A DNA stretch of 64,000 nt from Antedon mediterranea (lineage: Eukaryota > Animalia > Echinodermata), in the NCBI RefSeq assembly GCF_964355755.1, contig NC_092674.1:4650001-4714000 (forward strand). Reading direction: 5' to 3'. A program made the translations under genes and the position numbers. Below the pieces are notes generated by a model that made no database searches, was not told the origin of the DNA, and saw nothing but the letters and a program-made list of their open reading frames with translations. Shown one piece after another: positions 10,126-21,897 of the stretch (position 1 is the first letter of the stretch; each line of letters begins with the position of its first letter).

Positions 10126-12169
10126 GGCAACATATTTAAGCAAGGTAACATATATTCTAATTTGGTATTCTTCAATCCATATGCCATTTGAGTTGGTTAC
10201 ATGTGAATAGAAAATGTTGTGTCTTCTAAACCATTCTTACACACTTTTACAGATACCATCATAATCAGGTACGTGTACAGTACCTGTATTGTTATTTTCA
10301 ATTTGGCCTTGATAGTCTTTGGAGGAATTACCTCTTCAGATACAAACACTTCCACTATGAAAGCCTAGCCCTATATGTAAGAATATGTACGGGCCATATA
10401 CGCGTTGCCATTCAAAGTGAATGTAAAAGGGGGAACGAGTGCATAATGAAAGTAAATAGATTCAATAATTTTAAATCAAAATGTGGTATCGACTCAGATT
10501 CAATAATAAAAGGAACTAAGAGTTTGATTAGGTATTCTGATATACATTATCTCAACTTTTAGGCATATCAAGGCAACAGATTTAGCAATATTGCACGAGA
10601 TTAAGCAAACAAAATACAGGGTCTGAAAATATTGTTTGCTGTTCATTGTAGCGATAGCTAATGTATTTGACACTTACATTCCCAGACAAATGCAATATCG
10701 ATAATAATTTCCCGTGTTGCAAACAGCAGAGATAGACTCTTCCATTATCGCAACCAGGTTGGTAATAAAACATCATCCTCCCTACGCGTATAATCGTATC
10801 AACTATTCGAATAAGTATAACAAATAACGTTTGAAATTTACTTCCTATTAAATTCAGTTCAAGTTTACTGCATATTTATTGTTTGGAAGCATTTAATCAT
10901 CGGTGACGTAAACGTACACCCTACAAAATGGAACATTCCGTTTAACTAGGGTTCACACTGTAATTTCTCTATTATAAAGTTATTATCAGCCAATGGGCCT
11001 TCAGATATGTATGAAGAGAAACTATTCACGACAGTGCAGCGGTCGGCGAATTCCGTAATTCTGTTTTTCTGGATGCTTTAATAACAAACGAATTGGAAAA
11101 TATACCAACACTGCAGTGCACCTTGTTTTCAGACGTTTTACATTTTTTCTTCGGCTTTTTTCAAGAATAATTATTATATATTATTCCCAGGACTAGACTG
11201 ATATTTGCCATCAGCAGACAATGGGCTGTGATGGTGACCTTTAATGGTGGCGCAACATCACAGTACGGTTTGTTAAGTCAATAATAAGCCCAGTTATTAA
11301 ACACAGTATAATAAATTGATATACAAGATTATACGCAAGTTACCTGACACGTATACGTACTTTCCTCTGGGATATGTAAACCGGTAAGTAGGATTTTAAA
11401 TATTTTATAATATACAGTATATGAATATAGCACATACTGTACTTTTTTGATTTATAGGCCTAGATATAATATATACATACTGTAATATAATCGATCCTAT
11501 ATAGGTCATATCGTTAAAGGTGACATCGTTTCAGCGAATTAAGGGTGCACCACATTAATAATGCATTCACTTTGGGGGCCTGCTTTGTGCAGGTGATTTT
11601 GAAACATGTAGTACCTAGCATAGCGTTTGAAACCTAGCTATCTATACTTTTTAAAAAGCTGCAAATCAAATTAGTGTATGAGAAACCAACAACACACTGA
11701 TTAAAAAAAAAACATTTTTTAATTCATACTGATACTGCGTAATACTCGTGACATTTTAAATGTATGCATGGTTCCGGGTTCGAATCTCGGTTTTGCCGGC
11801 TCTCATTCTTACAGATTTCCTCATCTTTATCACTAAATTAATTAATCAATTTTCAGTATATCACCGGGCGGTTTAAAATTTGCAGTCGTATATATAGAAT
11901 TTGTTCCGTGACTTTCATTATTCAATTTATATACGTGATTTACAATGTCCTTTTGGTAGGTATAATTCGTCCTCGGCTTTCGACTGGTATGTAGGCCTAC
12001 CCGTATTGGTTTTGTTCATTGATTATGAAATGTTGACAGTAAACAAAATTAGTATTAGTACTAATATATGGCTAAATGGCTACTACACTTAATTAATTCT
12101 GACTATTTTTTAAAAAGGTGTGTTCTATCGCCCGTCTTCGCTTTATTATGATAATGAAACTACTATAAC

Positions 12170-12455
12170 AGTGGAGCTGTAGCCTTGGTGGTTAACGTGC
12201 TTGCCTTCCTATCCCAAGGTCCAGGGTTCAATCATGGAGTAAAGAATAATAATATTATATATATATATATATTCTTTACTCCATGGTTCAATCCTGACCT
12301 AGTGCCAGGGTTGCAACTCACGACTCTTTCAACTCCACACCCTAAGCCTAAAATGAGTCTTATATTTATAAGCACGATATTATTTTTAAAATAGTTTATC
12401 CATCCTGTAGCCTAATTGACGAGTTACTCGCTGTTGAATGTATGGAAACAAAAAC
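12170..12455 (+). mobile_element. tRNA-derived SINE (family S1) with its B box interrupted by a 53-bp insertion
   Basis: A box TAGCCTTGGTGG, B box GGTTCAATCC and body CCTAGTGCCAGGGTTG.AACTCACGACTCTTTCAACTCCAC, shared with 20026-20229 (+) and 44985-45187 (-). Confidence 0.8.
12233..12285. mobile_element. 53-bp hairpin insertion (P-element-like micro-MITE)
   Basis: Perfect 16-bp TIR CATGGAGTAAAGAATA around an AT-rich spacer, with 7-bp TSD GTTCAAT. It is absent from the other two SINE copies. Confidence 0.85.
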
Positions 12456-12900
12456 ATACGATATACAAACAAACGATTATTTAATGGTGGGGGGGGGGGG
12501 GTTGTTGACGTCAAAGCTATAACAACAATGCAATGGTGACATCACACAGCGATTTTGTTTTCAGTCAGTTTATGATGTGTGGAGGGAGGGGTTATGTCCG
12601 CTTAACAAACAAATATCGTTACCGATCCGTATTCGAGGTTTGATGTTATTTTCAAGAGGGGCTTAAGCCTAGCCTCGACTCCGGATCGATCAAATGCTGA
12701 GCTCCAAAAACAAGTAAACAAGTAACTGTTAAATATAGATAATATGTTTTTAAACAAAACTGTAGGTACTGTATACATATTCCGATCCTTATCCCTTCCC
12801 TTATTCCGGAACCTTTAGATATACTAATACATGTATCTATATTTATCTTAATAGTTCAATTATTCAAGAATTAGGTACGTTTGCCATGGCTCATTCCTCA

Positions 12901-13135
12901 AGGCCAACTCAGTCAGCGTCGTACGACCAGGCCCTGACTAACCGTCTATCTCGTCAGAAGAAAAAGAAACCATTTTAATGACGACCTAAACACAACGCTA
13001 TCTCAAGACGACTCGTCTCGTCTGGATTCAACTCAGACATAACCCACTCAGGACGTTTCGTAGGGCCTCCGTACAATCAGGGAAGAGCGAAATTAATGTC
13101 ACTCTTCCCTGGTACGATGCTGTCTGACTTGGCCT
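12901..13135. mobile_element. MITE with TIRs of about 24 bp; the right TIR is interrupted by a 34-bp hairpin insertion (13078-13111)
   Basis: Outer TIR AGGCCAACTCAGTCAGCGTCGTAC / GTACGATGCTGTCTGACTTGGCCT. Inner element CAGGGAAGAGcGA...TCACTCTTCCCTG with TSD GTACAAT/GTACGAT. Confidence 0.7.
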
Positions 13136-13259
13136 TTTACGGGACCATTTCTCTCTCACACTCAAGGCGTAAAACCATCTTAAAATTATGAATACGTGTA
13201 AACATTGTTAAATGTTAACAAGTTTATTTATTCATTTATTCAAAAAATAACATATGGAT

Positions 13260-13870
13260 TCCTTACAAACATTCTGCTGAGCTATGGAAACATACTGTGG
13301 AAAACCATTGCAATTCCTTCAATAAATTATGCTTGTAGCATTTGGTATAATAAATCCAAGAAGGACAACGAAGACCTAGAGAAAGTGAAATTGCAAATGG
13401 CCCGCTTTCTTCTCAAAGCTCCACGGTATACTCCAAAAGAGGCACTTTATGGTGACCTTGGGTGGGTTCCATTATCCAAGTTACACAAACTGTCCAGAGT
13501 TAAATTATTTAATCGTTTTATAACTATGGATGACCACAGGTGGCCTAATATTGTACTTAATTCTATGCTACAATTGAAATGTGACTTTGATCGTTTAAAA
13601 TATAAATTTCTTAGTAGTTGTGTTGACATTTGAAAAATGTACAGATATAGGCTTTTTTATCAATTCAAACCTATGATACTGTAGGACAATTTAATACAGT
13701 ATCTGTATTACCATGTTGATAATGATTTTTCTTTTATATTTTAGAAAATAAAGCTATATTTATGACCTGTATCCGTCATATAATATATTGTTTTGATGTA
13801 TTATGTTAAATTGGATGCACCACTTCTGTGTGTGCCACCGATGCAAAGGTGTCATTTCCTAATAAATTAA
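13260..13870 (+). mobile_element. Degraded non-LTR retrotransposon fragment (post-RT region, possibly RTEX-like) plus probable 3' tail
   Basis: ORF 13205-13633 contains LWKTIAIPSINYACSIW...LEK...RFLL.AP..TP.EALYGDLGW.P...R..LFNR...MDD.RWP, typical of the LINE region C-terminal to RT. The clade is uncertain. Confidence 0.75.
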
Positions 13871-16800
13871 GGTCAATTGAATTGCAAATAAACAGTAGGC
13901 CAGTTTCAATTCAAACTTTATAGAAACCACCACAGTGTTATGAGTCAATATATCAATGAGTATTACTGTATAAATATAGCTTTATTTTCAATGCGGATAC
14001 AATCTAGTAGGCCTACAGTGCTACAGTATATAAATTTCAGTTGGTTTTTTTATCATTCGGCAATAAAGACTAATCAACTTCACGTAGATATTAACAATTT
14101 TAATAAACTAACCAAAATAATATCAATCGACACTAGGCCACTAGGCCTACTAGAACCAACTAACACATATGGCGACCACGATGTCGCTCCATAGGGCGCA
14201 AGGTGGCGCACTGCAACAACAACGCACGGGGGCGTGCGAGTGTGATGGCGATTCACATAATATAAGTATATATAATTATTTTAATATAAAATCTAAATTA
14301 TACTCAAGTAAGTATTTAATATGCAGTTAAATATATATAAATATAATTTTTTTTTTTTATCATTTACTAAGTAGGCCTATATTAAAATTGTTTATATAAA
14401 ATCTGGACTCTGGATTAACTCCTTACCTGAGTATTCAACATGCAGTTAAATAGTCCCTTAGATATATTAATTCTAACTTTACTAAATAAGAAGAAACATA
14501 ATTATTGCCTACTTATGTTCATTATATTTCCCTTTGATAAAATGGAGTAACCCGCTGCCAATCCAGCCTATGTTAGACAATGGCCGATGCGAAATTTCTG
14601 TATACACTTAAAAGGGCTAGTAGCTTATAGACTATTTAGGTTGTATTATTTCGTATTTTCTGTAAAAAAATTACACAGAATTATTTTATATGACTTTAAC
14701 TACAATATTGATTAAAAAATTGTAATGAAAATAAGCAGAATATACTCACATTTTTGGGTATCAAACACAGGCCAATAGTACACATAAGAGAATTTCGCGC
14801 GGAATTTCCCAAAAATATGCTGTTTAATTAGTAATCAAATTTTCGCGGGTCTCAAAATCATCCAATCAAAAAAACATTAGATGGTAAGAAAGCCACTGTA
14901 TATGAGACTACGATGTTAAAAGAACTAAGTTTTAAGAGGACGCTGTTCAAAGTTGTGGCGATTTCAAAACTATACATCAGCGAAAAACGCGAATTTCACA
15001 CAGGAATCGGCTGTTTTTTGGCCGGGACAGGGTATGTTTAATGTAAATTCGCGATTTCCAGCTATCAAAAATAAATTTTTTAAATAAATAGTCAGAAAGT
15101 ACAATACCTTAGCTTCAACATAATATAAGAACTAATGTATACTATGCGAGATAAAGATTTTACAAGTATAAATGTGAAAAAAAGTAGTTCCTCCATGCAC
15201 TTAGACAATATCGTGCGGAAGACGTTTTTGGATAAGGAATCCATTGTTACAACTGGCCAACTGAATTGCATGTGATGTACAATTGATAACATATTTAAAA
15301 AGGTAGTAACAACAGTGAAAACAACCAAAATATATAAGAAAAAAGTTAATATAAAACTGTTATGTATACGGTATATCGTCGTGAGGTGGTTTCCCGATTA
15401 ATCGTACGATCAAAACGGTACTGGGTATGATCAACTAGCGTTCGTGTTCCCACCTAATCATCCATTCATAGAAGTACTGATGAAGATATCAATCTGTGGC
15501 GACAATAGAATGGACCCGAGACCTGGCTATCTTCGACTTTTAAATAATAGAAAGTTTAGAAAATTTTTTGTTAGACTAGAAATGTACGTTGTATGTATAT
15601 AGAAAAATGGTTGTAGTTTTCAAAATTACGTTGTATAAGTTTTCAAAATTACGTTGTATAAATTGCGATGTGAAAAACTGTTATTTGATCGTTAGTTGTC
15701 GTGTACATAAAGCAAAAACATAAATATAATAAAATAAAATAAAATAAAAATCGTTAGTAAAACTTTAAAAAAGAGTAAAGATATAAGGAAGAAAAGCAAA
15801 GAGATCATGGAGCGGCTGTACCAGAATATACCACACTAAGTATTGTTAAAAGTTAAAACTAAAAAATTAGGCGATCTTGTCAAATGTCAAGCGCCTTCAG
15901 CCTGCCACGTTTCGATATTCAATATTGAACTTGACCTATTGACTTAATTCGATTCTCACTCATGCTTAACAAACAGAGGTTGAATGAATTTGATAAAGAA
16001 CACGATCGTAACATATCCACAAACACCTTTACATGTCCCGGATCTCGATTTTTTTAAATCGATTAGACAAAATAAACCAAGGACAAGCGCTTCTTTATTG
16101 TAAGTAAGCTTTTCGAATATTTTGTCAAACACCGGTAATAAAATAAACATTTTTAAAAACGACGGTAAGCGCTAATTTCGTGCATCGGTGCATATGCCAT
16201 AATGGATAAAAGGCTTTTGTAGTAATATTGTTTCTAGTGCTTTAATTTTATTTTGAACATTTGCGACCAGTGAATGGCAATCATTGAGTGTCAATTGTTA
16301 ATCTTGATCTTGTGTGTATTAACATTTGAAGATATGGTACGACGAGTATTGATGGCACAACGTCACAACTTTAATAGAATGGCAAACACAAAAAGAGTGA
16401 ACATGAACCTTTTGAGCGTAAATTGTTTGAGAAACCGTGCATTACAGTATCGGCCTCTTGTGACGCTACTCAATGAAGAAGTTTATGATGATTAGGACTG
16501 TTCTGTACTCTGTCACAGACCTCCTACAATCAAGGGGTGGGCGGGGGTCAAACGAGGCATGACATCCAAAGCCATCGAACTGGACCGACGAGCAGGGTCT
16601 CATAAAAGAATGCTCTACCTTGATGGTCTTAACATAAAGACACGTCACGTTGACATGCCCAAAAAATTCCAGCTAATCGCTATGAAAGGTATTGTGGGCG
16701 CTATTCAACAGTAAAAGTTGTCCTTGATTCGAAAAAGAATAATCAATAGAGGCCTTCCATCTTGAAAGAACGAACATACTTAAGTATGGCTTTATTCTGG

Positions 16801-17231
16801 ATATTAATAGGCGTACTAAGTTTTAACAAACGGATTGCCTCGCTCCAATGACATTTTACTGCTTTTCATTTCGTTTTTAAATAATTTTTTCAACAGTAAC
16901 TCAGGTTTGTATATAACACTGAGTTACCATACTGTTCTTGTTCTTCTGAAGACACGGTCATTGACGGATATTTAGTATCAGTTGACTTCACTGTTGGTGT
17001 ACTCGAGACCTACGTTTATACCATGCTATACATTTTATTTTAATTTTTGATTTATATAGCATTGATAAGTAAGTAATCACAAGTATTATTTTGTTTCAGA
17101 GTTTATACTACAGCATATGAAATAACTACTGCCGACCTCCACATGCGGGAATATGATATGAGATCGCTTCTTCAGTAGACACCTGGAATTGATACCTGGA
17201 ATTATCCACTGTGGGAAAAGAATCCTTTCGC

Positions 17232-20200
17232 ATGATGCATGGTGACGAGCGACAGGTATGGCTTCCACTAAAGTCACCGGATGATGATGAACTACTTCCA
17301 AAACACAACGAAAAGTCGGATACATCTGAGAAACAGTCAGTACATTCAAATTGTAATAATTCGTCTGGGAAAACGTCGGTCAAACTGCCGACGGTGACTT
17401 GGGGATGGTTTTTAACATTAGCAGCATTTACACTTCATTTTTTTACGTATGGAACGCTGTTTTCGTTTGGTGCTATGTTCGTTTCATTACGTGATACTTT
17501 CAACTCGAGTGAAACTTCCGTAGGTAAGTAAATTAAACATCAAACTTAGTGCATATTATACATCTTATAAAGCCGCAATGAGTGGATCCAGGGGGAAGGA
17601 GGTGGGTGGGGGGGGGGGGCGGCAACTGAAGAGGCGGTTAAATTAAACACGCCTTAATAGTAAAGTTACAACTGTGCAATTTGAAGGAGCACAATTTCAG
17701 ATACACTTAGTCTGTAGTTATTGTCTATTTTGTCGACCAGTCGGCTTTTAGATTTTTTCTGAAAATGTAAGTATTATACGTATGAAACGCCATATATGCC
17801 AAATAGTTATCTTTTTACTAATTTTGGTCTAGAACCGGGACTATAGGTTTCAGCACGAATGATGTCGTGCTCAACCTCTTGTAACACAAATGTATGCTTA
17901 TATTGATCAAATATTCATTTATCTTACAGGATGGGTTGGATCGTTAGGCCAAGGTCTAGGCGGAATACTCTCACCATTCGCCGGGCTTATGTTTGAATTT
18001 ATCGGTTTCCGATACACAGCGTTCATAGGAATTAGCATGTGTACAAGTAGCCTGGTTCTGACGTCTTTTGTCACCTCAATACCGTATATGTTTGGCACAT
18101 TTGGCGTGCTATTCGGCACGGGTACTGCATTAGTTTTTAACACGTGTGTGAACGCAGTGGCGGCCTACTTCAAAGGTCATTCAGCCGCCGCTGGTGGATT
18201 GGCATTGTTTGGAATGACAGTTGGTAAGTTTTTCTACATTATCAGAAAGTTTACGCGTGCGTATAAAAGACGTATTTTCATCAGAACTTGAACGCGCGTG
18301 TCAAATTGTTTATGGCGCGCAGATGGCAATAGAGATGATGCTAATGTGCTAAGGAAAATTACGAAGTTTCAAAGATACTACCGTATTACTTTATACGTAT
18401 CTGATTCTTAACATGATAACTGTCAAGTCCACTTACATGCTATGGGAGCATGATACACCTTATCAATTATGAATTAATAATGATTAATTATGACATTGTT
18501 GACCTGTTTACCTAATGAATTATGTTTACATTCATCTTGAACGTGATTTATGAATACAACACGTAAATCATTTGGAAAACATCTGGTTATATTATAAATA
18601 AATGAGAGCATCCTACATCATACGACGACGACGTACCTGGATGAATTGTAAATGATGCTACAGTAGGCTATACAGTACAATATAGTGAGATTAAATGGTA
18701 GATCCGTTTACAGACTTACAGACGGACCGACCGTAACCCCGAGGGATATCTTACAGCTATTTTCTCGTCTGTTACAGGAACCCTTACATTAAATTCATTT
18801 CTCGGAATACTAATCATCAACATTGGTTGGAGGCATATGCTACGAACTTTAGCCATAGCATTGGCTGTGATGTGCTTTCCATCATGCCTTGCGTTAAAAG
18901 AGCCTGATCATGACCTCGTAACCACTAAAGACATCGAAGCTGATGAAGACAATCTAAAGAAAGGTCATGACGCCTGGAAATATATTAATATATTCGTGAC
19001 TGTCGAGATGTTACTACTCTTTTCAGCCGTCACAATATATTCCATAGCGTGCGCTTTTCACTATATTAATTTAGTAAGTTTCTACATATTGGTACTTTTA
19101 AAATATCATCTTATTCCCTAAAGTCCCAATGATCCGCAACCCCTCTTCTTTTTTTAATACCTACATCTGTCATTTAGTCTTACATTAATCTAAATGATGA
19201 CTAAGTCAGGACTGTTTAAAGCACGTTTGACTGGTCCCAACATTGACCAAGGGCTTCTCTAGTCCAGTACCCACCTTAACCAGAGAAGAGGCATAAGCCA
19301 ATACGTCTGAGGCAGATACTAGATGCAGGGGCTGCCATAAGAGTCAGCAGTGCTGATTTAAAATGCCTAATACAGCACCCGGAATTCTCAGATGGTCTCC
19401 CATCCAAGTTCCCGATGTTGCTAAACTTCAGTGATCTTACGAGAACCGGTATTTCTACGTGGTAGGCCGTACCGCAACCCCTCTATAGACTATGCATACA
19501 GGTAGGGGAGTTACTCCCTAAGGTCTTGGCGACCCGCATACCATCAGCCTATTAGTTACGGGCGTTACAGGTCTTATTCCAAATTAACCTTTGACATGTG
19601 GCATCCTTCATTCCAATACATTGTGCAGTTTTAGGACATAACTTTTTTAGAATGGAGCATTATAGTATAAATATTATTAACCTAATATAATGACTAATTA
19701 TTATTTCACCTTGCAGATTAGTTTCATGTCCTCCATTGGAATCGACGAATCGAGTGGATGTTTAGTTGCAACGATACTTGGTGCGGCAGACGGTTTAGGA
19801 CGATTACTTTCATCTTTGATTGGAGATCGTCTGCCATGTTCCCGCCTTTATACCTTAGTAATTGCCTGTGTAGTCGGCGCTGTCCCTACATTTTGTTTAG
19901 TATTTATTAAAACCTTCGAATTAATGGTCGTCTATGCAATAAGTAAGTTCATAAAGTAGAAATATATTATAAAACTACTACGTTGGGGAAAATGCTGTAT
20001 ACAATTTTATTTTCACAAAATATTTAGTGGAGCTGTACTTGCCTTCTAATCCTAAGGTCCGGGGTTCAATCCTGACCTAGTGCCAGGGTTGTAACTCACG
20101 ACTCTTTCAACTCCACTCCCTAAGCCTCAAATGAGTCTTAGTTTATAAGCACGATAAATTATTAACTATAGTTTATTTCCATCCTGTAATTGACAATTTA

Positions 20201-21283
20201 CTCGCTGTTCGATGCGTATGGAAAAAAAATTAATTTAAATGATTTAAATTTCAGTACTTGGAATATCCCGAGGTGTACTATTTACTATGCAATATCCTGT
20301 TGCCTTGGAAACGTTCGGAGTCGGAAGAGGGATCGAAGCTCTAACGAACGTCATTTTTGCTATGGGGTTAGGAACGCTTCTTGGCAGCTCTGTAGGAGGT
20401 AAGTATTTTTTCTCTGACCATTAAAGCTCTGTCTACACTATCAAACTTTATGTGACACAAAAATGTGATGTGCCCGTATATGGACATGATGATGTCATAT
20501 CAGCACCATATTTGGGCATATCACTACAATATTTGGGCACATTACACTTTTTTTGTCAAACTATATTGGTAAGTGTAGACTTTCATGGTCTTGATGGACT
20601 AAAATAATTGGCGCCAAACTATAACAGTAAGAATCCTTCTTTTGTTAAGAACATTTTTACTGTGAAACGAATTGTTGTTAGCACTAAAGGTGGAGTTCTG
20701 ATGTGCGAGAAATACATAGCTATCAACAGCATCTGTTCGAGCCTTACTCGCTCCATGGTTCTGGTGGTAGAACGAGTCTTCTCGGATAAGAACTATAAAC
20801 CGTAGGTCCAGTGTACACAACCTAGTACATTTTTCGAGACGAGTAGGGGGTAACCCGGTGTATTAGTACATCACAGCCACTGTCACTGATCAAGAGGGAC
20901 CCTTGATTGTCAGCATACGCTGTTTAGAGTCACCCTCTATAAATAAGGTGTAATGAAAATATAAATAAAATGCTTACAAAACCGTTGCTGCGCGACGAAT
21001 GCTGATACTGTACTTAAAATTATATTATCACCGTATATTTTGACATTTCTTTGTGTTTTTTGTTTCAGGTGTTAGCTACGATAAAACTGGTTCCTATGAA
21101 ACATCATTTTATATATGCGGTGGTCAGTTGTCGTTTGCAGCCAGTCTCATTTTGATTCTTATATTTTATAAAACAAAGAAAAGACACAATTTACTGAATG
21201 AACCAATGAAAGTACAGCACGCGATAAACGCAAGTCCCCATTTAAAACGATCTGTTATCTACACGTATGTGTCGGTTATATAG
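17232..21283 (+). CDS. SLC16 / monocarboxylate-transporter-like MFS protein, complete, 6 coding exons, about 488 aa
   Basis: Exons 17232-17523, 17930-18223, 18778-19073, 19717-19942, 20255-20398 and 21069-21283 total 1467 nt with consistent phases. Motifs include WGW before TM1, F.SS....GWVGSL, YF, GWR..LR, D...R in TM8 and YDKTGSY..SFY..G. The specific SLC16 paralogue cannot be assigned. Confidence 0.9.
19147..19471 (-). mobile_element. 5S rRNA-derived SINE (SINE3), essentially full length, in SLC16 intron
   Basis: The minus-strand head 19471-19362 is 5S-like (TACGGCCTACCACG...CCGGTTCTCGT..GATCAC.GAAGTT.AGCAAC...ACTTGGATGGG.GACC...CCGGGTGCTGTA). A body of about 200 bp and an A-rich tail follow. 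Perfect 13-bp TSD CCGCAACCCCTCT (19134-19146 and 19472-19484). Confidence 0.88.
20026..20229 (+). mobile_element. tRNA-derived SINE family S1 (A box deleted)
   Basis: Colinear with 12170-12455. Confidence 0.8.
20425..20580 (+). mobile_element. MITE family A
   Basis: Left TIR and core intact, right TIR degenerate. Confidence 0.85.
20700..20946 (+). mobile_element. tRNA-derived SINE with Meta/Deu-like central domain
   Basis: B box GTTCGAGCC, then TCTTCTCGGATAAGAACTATAAACCGTAGGTCC...GAGTAGGGGG..CCCGGTGT. The core is shared with 35650-35975. Confidence 0.6.
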
Positions 21284-21576
21284 CCAAACATTTCCATAGA
21301 ATATGTGTTACAATTCATTTGGTATCAGCCCTGGATGCCTTCTAATTGTGTTGAAATCAATGGTGCACGAGATAGTTCAATTAGGAATGAAGTTATGTAA
21401 TGAAAGGAAATTGAGGTGCCTTTGTGACAAGAGGTATTTTTTTATAAGCATAAAAATTGTTGATGTTTTAGTAGAAAACGAAAGAGATGTAATGGTGTAT
21501 AACTACTGAAGAAGTGCGGTATGCTAATTATTTTAGTGACGTGCTTACTCAAGTGCGGCGTTCTATCCCCTATTAA

Positions 21577-21897
21577 AGATGTATTGTCCCCTGAAAAAAT
21601 GTTTTGTTTAAATAAATGTGTTTGTTGAAAATGCCATTTTAATGTCACATAAATAGTTATTCACTTTGGATCGAAAACAATTTTTTTTTTCCTGAAAAAC
21701 TGTAATTTAAAGCAAGAAATAGTCAAATTGGCTGGCAGCCAATGTGTTTTTGATTGAATGTAACTGTTTATTCTGTCATTTTATAAGTGAAAACATTTTT
21801 TTTCGGGATTTTTTTCTACGGAAGTGATTAACTTTGTTAATGGCATATTCGATTTTAATAATCTTTATTTTTCATGTTTTTGGGGGACAAAACATTC
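21577..21897. mobile_element. MITE family B (Kolobok-like, TTAA TSD)
   Basis: TTAA|AGATGTATTGTCCCC...GGGGACAAAACATTC|TTAA; four copies in the window. Confidence 0.8.

Noticed and set aside
11191-11383. Possible plus-strand non-coding exon (cccag|...ccg|gtaagt) of the SLC16 gene
   Set aside because: Splice-like motifs only, with no further support without transcript data.
12170-12300. tRNA gene
   Set aside because: No convincing cloverleaf, and it continues into a body repeated three times in the window, so it is a SINE head.
14549-15035. piggyBac-like element (CCC...GGG ends); also 44676-44866
   Set aside because: The TIRs do not match beyond 3 bases and the TTAA TSDs are incomplete.
16274-16690. 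Short ORFs and GC-richer patch upstream of SLC16
   Set aside because: No homology or termini recognised; probably a decayed repeat or promoter DNA.
17143-17154. MREY uORF start resembling the tubulin MREC/MREI autoregulation motif
   Set aside because: The match is imperfect in an 11-codon uORF and most likely chance.
19362-19471. Functional 5S rRNA gene
   Set aside because: It lacks the first bases, has an internal deletion and substitutions, and is fused to a SINE body inside a TSD.
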